64,000 bases of DNA from the human T2T-CHM13v2.0 reference genome, Homo sapiens. Positions within the stretch are counted from its first letter, which is position 1. Each line of letters begins with the position of its first letter. A program made the translations under genes and the position numbers. Where the stretch lies: NCBI RefSeq assembly GCF_009914755.1, contig NC_060926.1; one strand, written 5' to 3'. The notes below the pieces were generated by a model. That model saw only the letters and a list, made by a program, of their open reading frames with translations. It searched no databases and was not told the origin of the DNA. Of the stretch, positions 56,423 to 64,000 are shown piece by piece.

Positions 56423-57579
56423 CTTGGACCTCAATTTTAGAAAACACAGCAAATATACTAGATGACTTCTGTTTTTTTTTTTTTTTTGGCTTTTACAAAA
56501 AAGGTTTAACTGAAGAGTCTTTTAAAAAGGAAGCCTCTCTAGTTTTTTTTGTTTTTTTTTTGTTTTTTTAAATTACATATAACTTTTCAGGGATTTCTCA
56601 TATATACAAACATTTAACAATTTTAAAACACAAGGTAAGGATTCCACTAGAGATAAACATGGCTCAACTTCCCACCAGCTTTCGTTTTCCTTTCTCTTGT
56701 ATCCTCCTTCTCTTTATAATTCTCCTTTAAAAAATTTTTTCATTCCCTACATAGCTCATGACCCCAACAGGCAATATGTATTTCTTTTACTAAAAAGAAG
56801 TGGATAAAATATTGCTTAGATTTCGTCTAGGAAGCAGGAGAACAAAGTACCATGTTTTTTATTTCCTAATACCATATAAGTGGTAAAGGCAAAGTTTTAA
56901 AACAAAGCATCAGAAACTAAGAATAGAGGATATGGTTATTGTTCTTTTAACTTGTAATTTCTTCTAGGATACTTGTCACAATTTTTCTTTTACCCCAGGA
57001 AAATAAATAGCTATAAAAAACAAATGTTAGTTATCTCAAAAATGTTCTTTACTTTTATGCACTCCTCCTTCCTCCTTTTCCATTCTGTAACTTCAGTGTT
57101 CCCCAAACCAATCTAATTTATCTAAGTATGTCAATATGGAAGACACAAATATTTTTGCATTTTCAGCACCCTGTCACAACTAAATCCCAAAGGAAAGTCT
57201 ACAAAAATCTTAAGGTGGAAACTTAAGGTTTTAAGAGAATCATAAAACCCCAAGAGAGTATGTAGGACTAAAGAGAGCCCACACCCTTTGGTATACAGGA
57301 AGTACAGGAATGAATGAGGAGCTCACTGGGCTCACCAATACTATTACACCTTTTATCTTCTGGATTAAATGTAAAATGAGACTTAAAGACAGGAAATGCT
57401 CAATTCATTAGAAATATCTAAAATCTTCGTTAGTAAGACAGAATCAAGCTTGGAAATCCCATTAAAGTTAACAATGGAGACAAATTAACAATACACACCA
57501 AAACTTCTTGAAAGCTGATATTATCTGCTTTAATTGTAGGAAAATTTTAAAAATATCGATAAGGCACAGTAAGGATTTA

Positions 57580-57891
<312 letters not shown>

Positions 57892-58332
57892 TTAGCTGGG
57901 TTTCTACAGTGTTTATAATAAATCAGCCTAAATAAAATAAGTACTATTAGCATTTTGTGTAATTTCTCATTACACGAAAGACTGATATAGTCTGAATTAT
58001 ATCCTTTAAAGCCTTTGGTATTTACATAATACTAAATTAAAACATTATCTGTAAGCAATGTTTTTCAAACTGTGCCAATGTACTCCAAAAAATAGCAGAA
58101 CAAGTATATACACGCCAGTGAGGGTCAAAAGCTTAGAAGCATCTGACTCCAAGATACAGTGGGACATTCTTTTTTGATTTGTTTTAATGTAAAATTATAA
58201 CCAGAAAGATTCATCATGTTTATCATAAGCTTTGCTGGCATACTGCTGGTTAATTAAGTCTTCCAGTGCCATCCCACTCCCAGTCTCAAAGAGTAAACAT
58301 GTACACTAAAGTTTGAAAATAAGAGCTTTTAA

Positions 58333-58647
<315 letters not shown>

Positions 58648-59117
58648 AACACTTTAGCTTCCTACGAATACATCTGTTTTGGCAACACTACAAAATTCCT
58701 ACTGTTAACTGCTCAGGTAGTTACGGTTTTCAGGAAAAATGCCTTGTTACAGTTACCTTATAACTACTATCTTATGTTTACTAGTACTCAATTATTGTTG
58801 TTATCATCATTTCATTACAGATTAGTACCAGTTTAGCTTTACTTTTAGCAATTTAGTTGGTTTGGACCACTGTTGCCAATTTCTATCAATAGTACCATTG
58901 GCCTGTAATATTTTAATCAACAACCTTTAGGCAAATATGCACTACAGAATCATCCATATCCTTATGTGTGTTTTACTAGTAATTTAAGTGACTAAAAGCC
59001 TGCAGATGAGACTTCGTTGGTGATGTACTGCTGTGAATTTATAGTACTTAAATAATTTATAATATTAGATATAGTAAAAAGTTAAGGATATTTCTAAGTT
59101 TACAGTTTCATAACATA

Positions 59118-59547
59118 CAGTTGACCCTTGAACAACACAAGTTTGAACTGCACAGGTCCATGAAGTGGATTTTCTTCCTCCCCTACCACCTTAGACAGCA
59201 AGATCAAGCCCTCCTTCTTCTTACTCCTCCTCAGCCTACTCAATATGAAGGCGAGGATGAAGACCCTGATGATCCACTTCCACTTAGTGAACAGTAAATT
59301 ACAGTTTATCTTCCGTGTAATGGTGTTAATAACACTTTCTTTTCTCTAGCTTACTTTATTGTAAGAGTACAATATGCAATACATATACAAAATATATGCT
59401 AATCAACTGTTTATGTTATCTGTAAGGTTTTCAGTCAATAGCACACTATTAGTTAAGTTTTTGGGGAGTCAAAAGTTTTATGTGGACTTTTGACTACACA
59501 GGGGCGTCAGCATCCCTATGCCCCACACTGTTCAAGGGTCATCTCTG
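59118..59547 (+). mobile_element. Tigger2a/MER28-like DNA element
   Basis: TIR cagttgacccttgaaca...tgttcaagggtcatctctg, preceded by TA. Confidence 0.8.
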
Positions 59548-59751
59548 TTATTTTAAAAACCATGTGTGTAAGTTCAACCTCTTCAATTTGTTATCGATGA
59601 GTTGCTTAACTGGAATGGTCAGAATGTGAGGTAGTGTGCTGATGGGCATTTTTTGCATACTCCCCTCCCTTAATGGGTCTCAGTTAAAAAAGGTCAAAAT
59701 AGTTAAATTAGTAACTATATTAAATAACATTAAGAACATCTTAAAAGATTA

Positions 59752-59946
<195 letters not shown>

Positions 59947-60858
59947 TTACAAAAAGGAGTAGGTAAAAATATCTTCAGGACATTTAACTCTTACTGAAGT
60001 GACCAATCTCCAATAGGCCACTCATGTAAAACGAAAGGATTTAGCCTAATTTTAAGTTGGAAAGCATATCTTGACTGCACAGCTATTTCTCTCAAGGTGT
60101 TCTTACTCTAAAATGTCTAAATATTTCTATGTATTTGAAAACACAGAGAGGCTGTTTATCTGGAAGAAGGGAGAGAGGGAGATAGGCAGATTAAGCTGTA
60201 CTGCCAGACATGGGTCCAATATACAGCTACTCCTGGGCAATATAACTTTTTGCACTACATGGATTTTGGACAATGCTGATCAAGCACCAAAGACGAAATA
60301 AAAAGAACTTTACACGTTTTCATCCAACAGCTGTTCTGAAAACAGATAAGGAGAGAAAAAAAATCATGCATTTCAAGCCACTTTAGCTGCAGCATCACCA
60401 AAATGACACTGCAATCATTGTTATGAAGGGGGATGAAATCTGACTTAAAAGGGGCACAGGAGTTCTTAGTCATTTTAGACTATGTTCAATAGTTTTCTTC
60501 AAAAATGTTAGGAATGAAGGACAGACAAAAGCCCTTAAAGAAAAAAAAATACAAATGTTATTACACAGAAAAAAAGAAAAAAATGCTGGCATGAAAAATA
60601 AATGAAAAGCCAAAAGTGACGGCTAGCTGAAAAGCATATTAAATAAAAGCTTAGGATAGTCTCTTCTAAAAATATAAAAGATGTGTGCTTTCAAATTAAA
60701 TTTTGGGTAACTGTTAACTCTGATACTAAGTTTCTGAGGATTTTCCCAATGTGCTCAACATTCAAACTTTTATTTATTTTAATAAAACTAAGACAGTGAA
60801 TCGTTCTCAAGATATAATCACTAAAACCAAAACCACAAGAGTAAAGAGAGAAATTTTA

Positions 60859-61020
<162 letters not shown>

Positions 61021-61943
61021 CTACAGTTAAAGTCATATAAATATGAGTACAGTTCTTGTGAGCATAATAATTATTGTGTGCTACAATAACAAATAAAGGA
61101 AATAAAATTCCAAAAGCAATCATTTTTCAGGTGAGAAACACTTCAAATGATCTTAAGCAATGTGCAACTTTCCAGCACCTCTCAAGTTATATAAAGTTAA
61201 GTTTTTACAATTGACAATGGCTATAAATGGTGGCCCATTTACCTAAAGAAAAAGGGTAAAAAGTAAGCATCATAGCCAGGAAGAAAAAAACAGAGTAAAA
61301 AAAGGTAAATAGTAAGGTAGCACACTTTCTCCCCAAAGCTACAGCATACTCAAACATGGTTCGTTCTTAAATACTGTAGTTGAAGATCATATTCTTTGAA
61401 GTAAAACTGAGAGTTGAATAAAGTACGGATTTATACAACTTAGATTGATTGTTACTGATAAATATTTAAAAGGCTTTAATGCATAAAATAGAGCAGCATT
61501 AAGTATTACATAATTAAAACACCTCTACTTACTGTCACTTCAAACAGATTATTACTTTCAAGTTCTTACCAACATGATTACAGATATCTCAGTTTATAAA
61601 GCACAGATAATCCAGAAGTGTTGTGCATTCCTTGAAAATCCATATTGATAGCAAAATACACTGAAATAAAACTACTGTTTTTTGTAATGCACAGAAGGAT
61701 TAGTAATGTAATTCCTTTCTCGTCTCAGCAAGGATCTCTCTGGGCTTTGGTGGGTCTGTGAGCCTTCTAAAATTATTAAGTTATATGTTTGTTCACGCTT
61801 AAGTACTTTGGAAAGAAAGCCCATATCTTTCACCAGATTCTTGAACATGAATCTACAGGTTATAGCTAACGATAAGGTGAACATGAACAGAGCTCTACCA
61901 TATTAACAATGTAACCAGAATAATACTAATCAACTTTCCAAAC

Positions 61944-63185
<1,242 letters not shown>

Positions 63186-63621
63186 GTAAACCTCCTCTTT
63201 CATCTCACATGACCTCCAGGCCCAACCTTTTCCTACTGTCATAACTAATCGTGTTTTACTTCTCAGCACAGAACAATATGTACATAATAAAAACTAGCAT
63301 AAATTTAATAATTCAAAAACCAACAAGAATCCCTTTTATTATAAAAATAATCACTATTATTGCTTAAACTATTTTACACATTTGATTTTTCTAAGTTCTA
63401 CATATAAGTATATATTGTACAGAAAAGCATCAGAGACAGGAGAATACCTTTTAACCAATGTGATCAAAAACACTATCTGAATGGCTAAAGACAGGTAGTA
63501 AAACAGGGAAACTATTAAACATATACACACATTTGCATCCTGAACATTTTAATTTAAAAATATAAACGTTCATTCAGACATCAGGACTTTCTTTGAAAAT
63601 GAGTCCTGTGACTGAAGCTCA

Positions 63622-63925
<304 letters not shown>

Positions 63926-64000
63926 ATAGTGTACTTATAAACACTCATACATAATAAATTGTCTAGCATTCCTAGCTCAGTTTCATTAAGGTGAAGCATG

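Overview
Mammalian, almost certainly human, genomic DNA holding the 3' part of CUL3 (cullin-3) on the minus strand. Coding exons 4-16 (61020 down to the TAA stop at 20496) all have GT-AG boundaries and splice in frame. A ~4.1 kb 3'UTR with proximal and distal poly(A) signals follows, then ~16 kb of repeat-rich intergenic DNA (1-16400). The ORF track misses a ~1.9 kb retrocopy of ANKRD49 in CUL3 intron 11 (44574-46468), in the same sense as CUL3, with a target-site duplication and a decayed poly(A) tail. Its 5' end carries a good splice acceptor 164 nt after the exon 11 donor, which could yield a truncated CUL3. Intron 13 holds an inactive L1PA8-like element, antisense to CUL3, joined by a deletion to the 3' half of an ERVK LTR. 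There are also many Alu, MIR, L2, MaLR and DNA-transposon fossils. Gene, subfamily and miRNA names come from recall of known sequences, not database searches. No wholly new biological system can be established from this sequence; the most interesting items are testable splicing and polyadenylation hypotheses.
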